Source: Paragordius varius
Taxonomy: Eukaryota; Animalia; Nematomorpha
Direction: 5' to 3'
Length of the DNA: 64,000 nt
Assembly (NCBI GenBank): GCA_964247055.1
Contig: OZ176051.1
Span: forward strand, 930,001-994,000
Of this stretch, positions 12,141 to 27,400 are shown in pieces. Under the pieces are notes generated by a model, which did not search any database, was not told the DNA's origin, and saw only the letters and a list, made by a program, of their open reading frames with translations. The position numbers were made by a program, and so were the translations under genes. Every line of letters begins with the position of its first letter. Within the stretch, counting starts at the first letter, position 1.

Positions 12141-15100
12141 TATGGTATTAAACCAGTCGCATCAATACTCAAGTTAAACTTTGTCCTTAAAAATCGGATA
12201 TTGGTCACCGGTGAACAAAACTATTTTTTATACATTCTCTTAGTAAGACTACATCAAAATATAGAGATAGTTTGACAAACTCTTTCATATCCGATTTTTA
12301 CAACGATATTTAAAAATTAATATATAAAACTAGTCGTATCAATAAATCGCATACACACTCAAGTTAAACTTTGTCCTTAAAAATCGGATATTGGTCAACC
12401 GGTGAACAAAATTATTTTTTATACATTCTCTTAGTAAGACTACATCAAAATATAGAGATAATTTGACAAACTCTTTCATATCCGATTTTTACAACGATAC
12501 TTTAAAAATAAATGTATAAAACTAGTCGCATCAATACTCAAGCTAAACATTGTCCTTAAAAATCGGATATTGGTAACCGGTGAACAAAATTATTTTTTAT
12601 ACATTCTCTTAGTAGGACTACATCAAAATATAGAGATAGTTTGGCAAACTGTTTCATATCCGATTTTTACAACGATACTTTAAAAATTAATGTATAAAAC
12701 TAGTCGCATCAATACTCAAGTTAAACTTTGTCCTTAAAAATCGAATATTGGTCACCGGTGAACAAAATTATTTTTTATACATTCTCTTAGGACTACATCA
12801 AAATATAGAAATAGTTTGAGAAACTCTTTCATATGCGATTTTTACAACGATACTTTAAAAATTAATGTATTAAACTAGTCGCATCAATACTCAAGCTAAA
12901 CACTGTCCTTAAAAATCGGATATTGGTCACCGGTGAACAAAACTATTTTTTATACATTCTCTTAGTAAGACTACATCAAAATATAGAGATAGTTTGACAA
13001 ACTCTTTCATATCCGATTATTATAACGATACTTTAAAAATTAATGTATTAAACTAGTCGCATCAATACTCAAGCTAAACATTGTCCTTAAAAATCGGATA
13101 TTGGTCACCGGTGAACAAAACTATTTTTTATACATTCTCTTAGTAAGACTACATCAAAATATAGAGATAGTTTGACAAACTCTTTCATATCCGATTATTA
13201 CAACGATACTTTAAAAATTAATGTATTAAACTAGTCGCATCAATACTCAAGCTAAACATTGTCCTTAAAAATCATATATTGGTCACCGGTGAACAAAACT
13301 ATTTTTTCTACATCTTAGTAAGACTACATCAAAATATAGAGATAGTTTGACAAACTCTTTCATATCCGATTTTTACAACGATATTTAAAAATTAATATAT
13401 AAAACTAGTCGTATCAATAAATCGCATACATACTCAAGTTAAACTTTGTCCTTAAAAATCGGATATTGGTCACCGGTGAACAAAATTATTTTTTATACAT
13501 TCTCTTAGTAAGACTACATCAAAATATAGAAATAGTTTGACAAATTCTTTCATATCCGATTTTTACAACGATACTTTAAAAATTAATGTATAAAACTAGT
13601 CGGATCAATACTCAAGCTAAACTTTGTTATTAAAAATCGGATATTGGTCACCGGTGAACAAAATTATTTTTTATACATTCTCTTAGTAAGACTACATCAA
13701 AATATAGAGATAGTTTGACAAACTCTTTCATATCCGATTTTTACAACGATACTTTAAAAATTATGGTATTAAACCAGTCGCATCAATACTCAAGTTAAAC
13801 TTTGTCCTTAAAAATCGAATATTGGTCACCGGTGAACAAAACTATTTTTTATACATTCTCTTAGTAAGACTACATCAAAATATAGAGATAGTTTGGCAAA
13901 CTGTTTCATATCCGATTTTTACAACGATACTTTAAAAATTAATGTATAAAACTAGTCGCATCAATACTCAAGTTAAACTTTGTCCTTGAAAATCGAATAT
14001 TGGTCACCGGTGAACAAAATAATTTTTTATACATTCTCTTAGGAGTACATCAAAATATAGAAATAGTTTGACAAACTCTTTCATATGCGATTTTTACAAC
14101 GATGCTTTAAAAATTAATGTATTAAACTAGTCGCATCAATACTCAAGCTAAACATTGTCCTTAAAAATCGAATATTGGTCACCGGTGAACAAAATAATTT
14201 TTTATACATTCTCTTAGGAGTACATCAAAATATAGAAATAGTTTGACAAACTCTTTCATATGCGATTTTTACAACGATGCTTTAAAAATTAATGTATTAA
14301 ACTAGTCGCATCAATACTCAAGCTAAACATTGTCCTTAAAAATCGGATATTGGTCACCGGTGAACAAAACTATTTTTTATACATTCTCTTAGTAAGACTA
14401 CATCAAAATATAGAGATAGTTTGACAAACTCTTTCATATCCGATTTTTACAACGATATTTAAAAATTAATATATAAAACTAGTCGTATCAATAAATCGCA
14501 TACACACTCAAGTTAAACTTTGTCCTTAAAAATCGGATATTGGTCAACCGGTGAACAAAATTATTTTTTATACATTCTCTTAGTAGGACTACATCAAAAT
14601 ATAGAGATAGTTTGACAAACTCTTTCATATCCGATTTTTACAACGATACTTTAAAAATTAATGTATAAAACTAGTCGTATCAATAAATCGCATCAATACT
14701 CAAGTTAAACTTTCTCCTTAAAAATCGGATATTGGTCACCGGTGAACAAAACTATTTTTTATACATTCTCTTAGTAAGACTACATCAAAATATAGAGATA
14801 GTTTGACAAACTCTTTCATATCCGATTTTTACAACGATATTTAAAAATTAATATATAAAACTAGTCGTATCAATAAATCGCATACACACTCAAGTTAAAC
14901 TTTGTCCTTAAAAATCGGATATTGGTCAACCGGTGAACAAAATTATTTTTTATACATTCTCTTAGTAGGACTACATCAAAATATAGAGATAGTTTGGCAA
15001 ACTCTTTCATATCCGATTTTTTACAACGATACTTTAAAAATTAATGTATAAAACTAGTCGCATCAATACTCAAGTTAAACTTTGTCCTTAAAAATCGGAT

Positions 15101-18100
15101 ATTGGTCACCGGTGAACAAAATTATTTTTTATACATTCTCTTAGTAAGACTACATCAAAATATAGAAATAGTTTGACAAATTCTTTCATATCCGATTTTT
15201 ACAACGATACTTTAAAAATTAATGTATTAAACTAGTCGCATCAATACTCAAGCTAAACATTGTCCTTAAAAATCGGATATTGGTCACCGCTGAACAAAAC
15301 TATTTTTTATACATTCTCTTAGTAAGACTACATCAAAATATAGAGATAGTTTGACAAACTCTTTCATATCCGATTTTTACAACGATACTTTAAAAATTAA
15401 TGTATAAAACTAGTCGTATCAATAAATCGCATCAATACTCAAGTTAAACTTTGTCCTTAAAAATCGGATATTGGTCAACCGGTGAACAAAATTATTTTTT
15501 ATACATTCTCTTAGTAGGACTACATCAAAATATAGAGATAGTTTGGCAAACTCTTTCATATCCGATTTTTACAACGATACTTTAAAAATTAATGTATAAA
15601 ACTAGTCGCATCAATACTCAAGTTAAACTTTGTCCTTAAAAATCGGATATTGGTCACCGGTGAACAAAATTATTTTTTATACATTCTCTTAGTAAGACTA
15701 CATCAAAATATAGAAATAGTTTGACAAATTCTTTCATATCCGATTTTTACAACGATACTTTAAAAATTATGGTATTAAACCAGTCGCATCAATACTCAAG
15801 TTAAACTTTGTCCTTAAAAATCGGATATTGGTCACCGGTGAACAAAACTATTTTTTATACATTCTCTTAGTAAGACTACATCAAAATATAGAGATAGTTT
15901 GACAAACTCTTTCATATCCGATTTTTACAACGATATTTAAAAATTAATATATAAAACTAGTCGTATCAATAAATCGCATACACACTCAAGTTAAACTTTG
16001 TCCTTAAAAATCGGATATTGGTCAACCGGTGAACAAAATTATTTTTTATACATTCTCTTAGTAAGACTACATCAAAATATAGAGATAATTTGACAAACTC
16101 TTTCATATCCGATTTTTACAACGATACTTTAAAAATAAATGTATAAAACTAGTCGCATCAATACTCAAGCTAAACATTGTCCTTAAAAATCGGATATTGG
16201 TAACCGGTGAACAAAATTATTTTTTATACATTCTCTTAGTAGGACTACATCAAAATATAGAGATAGTTTGGCAAACTGTTTCATATCCGATTTTTACAAC
16301 GATACTTTAAAAATTAATGTATAAAACTAGTCGCATCAATACTCAAGTTAAACTTTGTCCTTAAAAATCGAATATTGGTCACCGGTGAACAAAATTATTT
16401 TTTATACATTCTCTTAGGACTACATCAAAATATAGAAATAGTTTGAGAAACTCTTTCATATGCGATTTTTACAACGATACTTTAAAAATTAATGTATTAA
16501 ACTAGTCGCATCAATACTCAAGCTAAACACTGTCCTTAAAAATCGGATATTGGTCACCGGTGAACAAAACTATTTTTTATACATTCTCTTAGTAAGACTA
16601 CATCAAAATATAGAGATAGTTTGACAAACTCTTTCATATCCGATTATTATAACGATACTTTAAAAATTAATGTATTAAACTAGTCGCATCAATACTCAAG
16701 CTAAACATTGTCCTTAAAAATCGGATATTGGTCACCGGTGAACAAAACTATTTTTTATACATTCTCTTAGTAAGACTACATCAAAATATAGAGATAGTTT
16801 GACAAACTCTTTCATATCCGATTATTACAACGATACTTTAAAAATTAATGTATTAAACTAGTCGCATCAATACTCAAGCTAAACATTGTCCTTAAAAATC
16901 ATATATTGGTCACCGGTGAACAAAACTATTTTTTCTACATCTTAGTAAGACTACATCAAAATATAGAGATAGTTTGACAAACTCTTTCATATCCGATTTT
17001 TACAACGATATTTAAAAATTAATATATAAAACTAGTCGTATCAATAAATCGCATACATACTCAAGTTAAACTTTGTCCTTAAAAATCGGATATTGGTCAC
17101 CGGTGAACAAAATTATTTTTTATACATTCTCTTAGTAAGACTACATCAAAATATAGAAATAGTTTGACAAATTCTTTCATATCCGATTTTTACAACGATA
17201 CTTTAAAAATTAATGTATAAAACTAGTCGGATCAATACTCAAGCTAAACTTTGTTATTAAAAATCGGATATTGGTCACCGGTGAACAAAATTATTTTTTA
17301 TACATTCTCTTAGTAAGACTACATCAAAATATAGAGATAGTTTGACAAACTCTTTCATATCCGATTTTTACAACGATACTTTAAAAATTATGGTATTAAA
17401 CTAGTCGCATCAATACTCAAGCTAAACATTGTCCTTAAAAATCGGATATTGGTCACCGGTGAACAAAACTATTTTTTATACATTCTCTTAGTAAGACTAC
17501 ATCAAAATATAGAGATAGTTTGACAAACTCTTTCATATCCGATTATTACAACGATACTTTAAAAATTAATGTATTAAACTAGTCGCATCAATACTCAAGC
17601 TAAACATTGTCCTTAAAAATCATATATTGGTCACCGGTGAACAAAACTATTTTTTCTACATCTTAGTAAGACTACATCAAAATATAGAGATAGTTTGACA
17701 AACTCTTTCATATCCGATTTTTACAACGATATTTAAAAATTAATATATAAAACTAGTCGTATCAATAAATCGCATACATACTCAAGTTAAACTTTGTCCT
17801 TAAAAATCGGATATTGGTCACCGGTGAACAAAATTATTTTTTATACATTCTCTTAGTAAGACTACATCAAAATATAGAAATAGTTTGACAAATTCTTTCA
17901 TATCCGATTTTTACAACGATACTTTAAAAATTAATGTATAAAACTAGTCGGATCAATACTCAAGCTAAACTTTGTTATTAAAAATCGGATATTGGTCACC
18001 GGTGAACAAAATTATTTTTTATACATTCTCTTAGTAAGACTACATCAAAATATAGAGATAGTTTGACAAACTCTTTCATATCCGATTTTTACAACGATAC

Positions 18101-18962
18101 TTTAAAAATTATGGTATTAAACCAGTCGCATCAATACTCAAGTTAAACTTTGTCCTTAAAAATCGAATATTGGTCACCGGTGAACAAAACTATTTTTTAT
18201 ACATTCTCTTAGTAAGACTACATCAAAATATAGAGATAGTTTGGCAAACTGTTTCATATCCGATTTTTACAACGATACTTTAAAAATTAATGTATAAAAC
18301 TAGTCGCATCAATACTCAAGTTAAACTTTGTCCTTGAAAATCGAATATTGGTCACCGGTGAACAAAATAATTTTTTATACATTCTCTTAGGAGTACATCA
18401 AAATATAGAAATAGTTTGACAAACTCTTTCATATGCGATTTTTACAACGATGCTTTAAAAATTAATGTATTAAACTAGTCGCATCAATACTCAAGCTAAA
18501 CATTGTCCTTAAAAATCGAATATTGGTCACCGGTGAACAAAATAATTTTTTATACATTCTCTTAGGAGTACATCAAAATATAGAAATAGTTTGACAAACT
18601 CTTTCATATGCGATTTTTACAACGATGCTTTAAAAATTAATGTATTAAACTAGTCGCATCAATACTCAAGCTAAACATTGTCCTTAAAAATCGGATATTG
18701 GTCACCGGTGAACAAAACTATTTTTTATACATTCTCTTAGTAAGACTACATCAAAATATAGAGATAGTTTGACAAACTCTTTCATATCCGATTTTTACAA
18801 CGATATTTAAAAATTAATATATAAAACTAGTCGTATCAATAAATCGCATACACACTCAAGTTAAACTTTGTCCTTAAAAATCGGATATTGGTCAACCGGT
18901 GAACAAAATTATTTTTTATACATTCTCTTAGTAGGACTACATCAAAATATAGAGATAGTTTG
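10970..18962. repeat. 20-monomer (3627-bp) tandem duplication; second copy carries an extra internal 721-bp 4-mer duplication
   Basis: Offset 3627 for ctttctcc (11083/14710), gagataattt (12454/16081), attctcttagg (12781/16408) and cactgtcc (12901/16528). Offset 4348 (3627+721) afterwards, e.g. tgtccttgaa 13981/18329. Confidence 0.9.
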
Positions 18963-20600
18963 GCAAACTCTTTCATATCCGATTTTTACAACGATACTTT
19001 AAAAATTAATGTATAAAACTAGTCGCATCAATACTAAAGTTAAACTTTGTCCTTAAAAATCGGATATTGGTCACCGGTGAACAAAATTATTTTTTATACA
19101 TTCTCTTAGTAAGACTACATCAAAATATAGAAATAGTTTGACAAATTCTTTCATATCCGATTTTTACAACGATACTTTAAAAATTATGGTATTAAACCAC
19201 TCGCATCAATACTCAAGTTAAACTTTGTCCTTAAAAATCGAATATTGGTCACCGGTGAACAAAACTATTTTTTATACATTCTCTTAGTAAGACTACATCA
19301 AAATATAGAGATAGTTTGACAAACTCTTTCATATCCGATTTTTACAACGATACTTTAAAAATTATGGTATTAAACCAGTCGCATCAATACTCAAGTTAAA
19401 CTTTGTCCTTAAAAATCGAATATTGGTCACCGGTGAACAAAACTATTTTTTATACATTCTCTTAGTAAGACTACATCAAAATATAGAGATAGTTTGGCAA
19501 ACTGTTTCATATCCGATTTTTACAACGATACTTTAAAAATTAATGTATAAAACTAGTCGCATCAATACTCAAGTTAAACTTTGTCCTTAAAAATCGAATA
19601 TTGGTCACCGGTGAACAAAATAATTTTTTATACATTCTCTTAGGAGTACATCAAAATATAGAAATAGTTTGACAAACTCTTTCATATGCGATTTTTACAA
19701 CGATGCTTTAAAAATTAATGTATTAAACTAGTCGCATCAATACTCAAGCTAAACATTGTCCTTAAAAATCGGATATTGGTCACCGGTGAACAAAACTATT
19801 TTTTATACATTCTCTTAGTAAGACTACATCAAAATATAGAGATAGTTTGACAAACTCTTTCATATCCGATTTTTACAACGATATTTAAAAATTAATATAT
19901 AAAACTAGTCGTATCAATAAATCGCATACACACTCAAGTTAAACTTTGTCCTTAAAAATCGAATATTGGTCACCGGTGAACAAAACTATTTTTTATACAT
20001 TCTCTTAGTAAGACTACATCAAAATATAGAGATAGTTTGACAAACTCTTTCATATCCGATTTTTACAACGATATTTAAAAATTAATATATAAAACTAGTC
20101 GTATCAATAAATCGCATACACACTCAAGTTAAACTTTGTCCTTAAAAATCGGATATTGGTCAACCGGTGAACAAAATTATTTTTTATACATTCTCTTAGT
20201 AGGACTACATCAAAATATAGAGATAGTTTGGCAAACTCTTTCATATCCGATTTTTACAACGATACTTTAAAAATTAATGTATAAAACTAGTCGCATCAAT
20301 ACTAAAGTTAAACTTTGTCCTTAAAAATCGGATATTGGTCACCGGTGAACAAAATTATTTTTTATACATTCTCTCAGTAAGACTACATCAAAATATAGAA
20401 ATAGTTTGACAAATTCTTTCATATCCGATTTTTACAACGATACTTTAAAAATTATGGTATTAAACCAGTCGCATCAATACTCAAGTTAAACTTTGTCCTT
20501 AAAAATCGAATATTGGTCACCGGTGAACAAAACTATTTTTTATACATTCTCTTAGTAAGACTACATCAAAATATAGAGATAGTTTGACAAACTCTTTCAT
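18700..20600. repeat. Partial 7-monomer (1268-bp) repeat
   Basis: Rare actaaagtt allele at 19033 and 20301, with the same order of neighbouring monomer types. Confidence 0.7.
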
Positions 20601-23600
20601 ATCCGATTTTTACAACGATATTTAAAAATTAATATATAAAACTAGTCGTATCAATAAATCGCATACACACTCAAGTTAAACTTTGTCCTTAAAAATCGGA
20701 TATTGGTCAACCGGTGAACAAAATTATTTTTATACATTCTCTTAGTAAGACTACATCAAAATATAGAGATAATTTGACAAACTCTTTCATATCCGATTTT
20801 TACAACGATACTTTAAAAATAAATGTATAAAACTAGGCGTATCAATAAATAGCATCAATACTCAAGTTAAACTTTGTCCTTAAAAATCGGATATTGGTCA
20901 CCGGTGAACAAAATTATTTTTTATACATTCTCTTAGTAGGACTACATCAAAATATAGAGATAGCTTGGCAAACTGTTTCATATCCGATTTTTACAACGAT
21001 ACTTTAAAAATTAATGTATAAAACTAGTCGCATCAATACTCAAGTTAAACTTTGTCCTTAAAAATCGAATATTGGTCACCGGTGAACAAAATTATTTTTT
21101 ATACATTCTCTTAGGAGTACATCAAAATATAGAAATAGTTTGACAAACTCTTTCATATTCGATTTTTACAACGATACTTTAAAAATTAATGTATTAAACT
21201 AGTCGCATCAATACTCAAGCTAAACATTGTCCTTAAAAATCGGATATTGGTCACCGGTGAACAAAACTATTTTTTATACATTCTCTTAGTAAGACTACAT
21301 CAAAATATAGAGATAGTTTGACAAACTCTTTTATATCCGATTTTTACAACGATACTTTAAAAATTAATGTATAAAACTAGTCGTATCAATAAATCGCATC
21401 AATACTCAAGTTAAACTTTCTCCTTAAAAATCGGATATTGGTCACCGGTGAACAAAACTATTTTTTATACATTCTCTTAGTAAGACTACATCAAAATATA
21501 GATATAGTTTGACAAACTCTTTCATATCCGATTTTTACAACGATATTTAAAAATTAATATATAAAACTAGGCGTATCAATAAATCGCATCAATACTCAAG
21601 TTAAACTTTGTCCTTAAAAATCGGATATTGGTCACCGGTGAACAAAATTATTTTTTATACATTCTCTTAGTAGGACTACATCAAAATATAGAGATAGTTT
21701 GGCAAACTCTTTCATATCCGATTTTTGCAACGATACTTTAAAAATTAATGTATAAAACTAGTCGCATCAATACTCAAGTTAAACTTTGTCCTTAAAAATC
21801 GGATATTGGTCACCGGTGAACAAAATTATTTTATTTACATTCTCTTAGTAAGACTACATCAAAATATAGAAATAGTTTGACAAACTCTTTCATATCCGAT
21901 TTTTACAACGATACTTTAAAAATTAATGTATTAAACTAGTCGCATCAATACTCAAGTTAAACTTTGTCCTTAAAAATCGGATATTGTTCACCGGTGAACA
22001 AAATTATTTTTTATACATTCTCTTAGCAAGACTACATCAAAATATAGAGATAGTTTGACAAATTCTTTCATATCCGATTTTTACAACGATACTTTGTAAA
22101 TTAATGTATAAAACTAGTCGCATCAATACTCAAGTTAAACTTTGTCTATTAAAAATCGGATATTGGTCACCGGTGAACAAAATTATTTTTTATACATTCT
22201 CTTAGTAAGACTACATCAAAATATAGAAATAGTTTGACAAATTCTTTCATATCCGATTTTTACAACGATACTTTAAAAATTAATGTATTAAACTAGTCGC
22301 ATCAATACTCAAGTTAAACTTTGTCCTTAAAAATCGGATATTGGTCACCGGTGAACAAAGTTATTTTATTTACATTCTATTAGTAAGACTACATCAAAAT
22401 ATAGAGATAGTTTGACAAACTCTTTTATATCCGATTTTTACAACGATACTTTAAAAATTAATGTATAAAACTAGGCGTATCAATAAATCGCATCAATACT
22501 CAAGTTAAACTTTGTCCTTAAAAATCGGATATTGGTCACCGGTGAACAAAATTATTTTTTATACATTCTCTTAGTAGGACTACATCAAAATATAGAGATA
22601 GTTTGGCAAACTCTTTCATATCCGATTTTTACAACGATACTTTAAAAATTAATGTATAAAACTAGTCGCATCAATACTCAAGTTAAACTTTGTCTATTAA
22701 AAATCGGATATTGGTCACCGGTGAACAAAATTATTTTTTATACATTCTCTTAGTAAGACTACATCAAAATATAGAAATAGTTTGACAAATTCTTTCATAT
22801 CCGATTTTTACAACGATACTTTAAAAATTAATGTATTAAACTAGTCGCATCAATACTCAACTTAAACTTTGTCCTTGAAAATCGAATATTGGTCACCGGT
22901 GAACAAAATTATTTTTTATACATTCTCTTAGCAAGACTACATCAAAATATAGAGATAGTTTGACAAACTTTTTCATATCCGATTTTTACATCGATACTTT
23001 AAAAATTATGGTATTAAACCAGTCGCATCAATACTCAAGTTAAACATTGTCCTTAAAAATCGGATATTGGTCACCGGTGAACAAAACTATTTTTTATACA
23101 TTCTCTTAGTAAGACTACATCGAAATATAGAGATAGTTTGACAAACTCTTTCATATCCGATTTTTACAACGATACTTTAAAAATTAATGTATAAAACTAG
23201 TCGTATCAATAAATCGCATCAATACTCAAGTTAAACTTTCTCCTTAAAAATCGGATATTGGTCACCGGTGAACAAAATTATTTTTTATACATTCTCTTAG
23301 TAGGACTACATCAAAATATAGAGATAGTTTGGCAAACTCTTTCATATCCGATTTTTACAACGATATTTAAAAATTAATGTATAAAACTAGTCGCATCAAT
23401 ACTCAAGTTAAACTTTGTCCTTAAAAATCGGATATTGGTCACCGGTGAACAAAATTATTTTTTATACATTCTCTTAGTAAGACTACATCAAAATATAGAG
23501 ATAGTTTGACAAACTCTTTCATATCCGATTTTTACAACGATATTTAAAAATTAATATATAAAACTAGTCGTATCAATAAATCGCATACACACTCAAGTTA

Positions 23601-24496
23601 AACTTTGTCCTTAAAAATCGGATATTGGTCAACCGGTGAACAAAATTATTTTTTATACATTCTCTTAGTAGGACTACATCAAAATATAGCAAATAGTTTG
23701 ACAAATTCTTTCATATCCGATTTTTACAACGATACTTTAAAAATTAATGTTTTAAACTAGTCGCATGAATACTCAACTTAAACTTTGTCCTTAAAAATCG
23801 GATATTGGTCACCGGTGAACAAAATTATTTCTTATACATTCTCTTAGCAAGACTATATCAAAATATAGAAATAGTTTGACAAATTCTTTCATATCCGATT
23901 TTTACAACGATACTTTAAAAATTAATGTATAAAACTAGTCGCATCAATACTCAAGTTAAACTTTGTCCTTAAAAATCGGATATTGGTCACCGGTGAACAA
24001 AATTATTTTATTTACATTCTCTTAGTAAGACTACATCAAAATATAGAAATAGTTTGACAAACTCTTTCATATCCGATTTTTACAACGATACTTTAAAAAT
24101 TTATGTATTAAACTAGTCGCATCAATACTCAAGTTAAACTTTGTCCTTAAAAATCGTATATTGTTCACCGGTGAACAAAATTATTTTTTATACATTCTCT
24201 TAGCAAGTCTACATCAAAATATAGAGATAGTTTGACAAACTCTTTCATATCCAATTTTTACAACGATATTTAAAAATTAATATATAAAACTAGTCGTATC
24301 AATAAATCGCATACACACTCAAGTTAAACTTTGTCCTTAAAAATCGGATATTGGTCAACCGGTGAACAAAATTATTTTTTTACATTCTCTTAGTAGGACT
24401 ACATCAAAATATAGAGATAGTTTGGCAAACTCTTTCATATCCGATTTTTACAACGATACTTTAAAAATTAATGTATAAAACTAGTCGCATCAATAC

Positions 24497-27400
24497 TCAA
24501 GTTAAACTTTGTCCTTAAAAATCGGATATTGGTCACCGGTGAACAAAATTATTTTATTTACATTCTCTTAGTAAGACTACATCAAAATATAGAGATAGTT
24601 TGACAAACTCTTTTATATCCGATTTTTACAACGATACTTTAAAAATTAATGTATTAAACTAGTGGCATCAATACTCAAGTTAAACTTTGTCCTTAAAAAT
24701 CGGATATTGGTCACCGGTGAACAAAATTATTTTTTATACATTCTCTTAGCAAGACTACATCAAAATATAGAGATAGTTTGACAAACTTTTTCATATCCGA
24801 TTTTTACATCGATACTTTAAAAATTATGGTATTAAACCAGTCGCATCAATACTCAAGTTAAACATTGTCCTTAAAAATCGGATATTGGTCACCGGTGAAC
24901 AAAACTATTTTTTATGCATTCTCTTAGTAAGACTACATCAAAATATAGAAATAGTTTGACAAACTCTTTCATATCCGATTTTTACAACGATACTTTAAAA
25001 ATTTATGTATTAAACTAGTCGCATCAATACTCAAGTTAAACTTTGTCCTTAAAAATCGTATATTGTTCACCGGTGAACAAAATTATTTTTTATACATTCT
25101 CTTAGCAAGTCTACATCAAAATATAGAGATAGTTTGACAAACTCTTTCATATCCAATTTTTACAACGATATTTAAAAATTAATATATAAAACTAGTCGTA
25201 TCAATAAATCGCATACACACTCAAGTTAAACTTTGTCCTTAAAAATCGGATATTGGTCACCGGTGAACAAAATTATTTTTTATACATTCTCTTAGCAAGA
25301 CTACATCAAAATATAGAAATAGTTTGACAAATTCTTTCATATCCGATTTTTACAACGATACTTTAAAAATTAATGTATAAAACTAGTCGCATCAATACTC
25401 AAGTTAAACTTTGTCCTTAAAAATCGGATATTGGTCACCGGTGAACAAAATTCTTTTATTTACATTCTCTTAGTAAGACTACATCAAAATATAGAAATAG
25501 TTTGACAAACTCTTTCATATCCGATTTTTACAACGATACTTTAAAAATTTATGTATTAAACTAGTCGCATCAATACTCAAGTTAAACTTTGTCCTTAAAA
25601 ATCGTATATTGTTCACCGGTGAACAAAATTATTTTTTATACATTCTCTTAGCAAGTCTACATCAAAATATAGAGATAGTTTGACAAACTCTTTCATATCC
25701 AATTTTTACAACGATATTTAAAAATTAATATATAAAACTAGTCGTATCAATAAATCGCATACACACTCAAGTTAAACTTTGTCCTTAAAAATCGGATATT
25801 GGTCAACCGGTGAACAAAATTATTTTTTATACATTCTCTTAGTAGGACTACATCAAAATATAGAGATAGTTTGGCAAACTCTTTCATATCCGATTTTTAC
25901 AACGATACTTTAAAAATTAATGTATAAAACTAGTCGCATCAATACTCAAGTTAAACTTTGTCCTTAAAAATCGGATATTGTTCACCGGTGAACAAAATTA
26001 TTTTTTATACATTCTCTTAGCAAGACTACATCAAAATATAGAGATAGTTTGACAAATTCTTTCATATCCGATTTTTACAACGATACTTTGTAAATTAATG
26101 TATAAAACTAGTCGCATCAATACTCAAGTTAAACTTTGTCCTTAAAAATCGGATATTGGTCACCGGTGAACAAAATTATTTTATTTACATTCTCTTAGTA
26201 AGACTACATCAAAATATAGAGATAGTTTGACAAACTCTTTTATATCCGATTTTTACAACGATACTTTAAAAATTAATGTATTAAACTAGTGGCATCAATA
26301 CTCAAGTTAAACTTTGTCCTTAAAAATCGGATATTGGTCACCGGTGAACAAAATTATTTTTTATACATTCTCTTAGCAAGACTACATCAAAATATAGAGA
26401 TAGTTTGACAAACTTTTTCATATCCGATTTTTACATCGATACTTTAAAAATTATGGTATTAAACCAGTCGCATCAATACTCAAGTTAAACATTGTCCTTA
26501 AAAATCGGATATTGGTCACCGGTGAACAAAACTATTTTTTATGCATTCTCTTAGTAAGACTACATCAAAATATAGAAATAGTTTGACAAACTCTTTCATA
26601 TCCGATTTTTACAACGATACTTTAAAAATTTATGTATTAAACTAGTCGCATCAATACTCAAGTTAAACTTTGTCCTTAAAAATCGTATATTGTTCACCGG
26701 TGAACAAAATTATTTTTTATACATTCTCTTAGCAAGTCTACATCAAAATATAGAGATAGTTTGACAAACTCTTTCATATCCAATTTTTACAACGATATTT
26801 AAAAATTAATATATAAAACTAGTCGTATCAATAAATCGCATACACACTCAAGTTAAACTTTGTCCTTAAAAATCGGATATTGGTCACCGGTGAACAAAAT
26901 TATTTTTTATACATTCTCTTAGCAAGACTACATCAAAATATAGAAATAGTTTGACAAATTCTTTCATATCCGATTTTTACAACGATACTTTAAAAATTAA
27001 TGTATAAAACTAGTCGCTTCAATACTCAAGTTAAACTTTGTCCTTAAAAATCGGATATTGGTCACCGGTGAACAAAATTATTTTATTTACATTCTCTTAG
27101 TAAGACTACATCAAAATATAGAAATAGTTTGACAAACTCTTTCATATCCGATTTTTACAACGATACTTTAAAAATTTATGTATTAAACTAGTCGCATCAA
27201 TACTCAAGTTAAACTTTGTCCTTAAAAATCGTATATTGTTCACCGGTGAACAAAATTATTTTTTATACATTCTCTTAGCAAGTCTACATCAAAATATAGA
27301 GATAGTTTGACAAACTCTTTCATATCCAATTTTTACAACGATATTTAAAAATTAATATATAAAACTAGTCGTATCAATAAATCGCATACACACTCAAGTT

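Noticed and set aside
7131-18962. Near-identical kb-scale duplications as pure assembly artefacts
   Set aside because: Copies carry private SNPs and indels and nested rearrangements, which an artefactual echo would not produce. Not fully excluded without reads.
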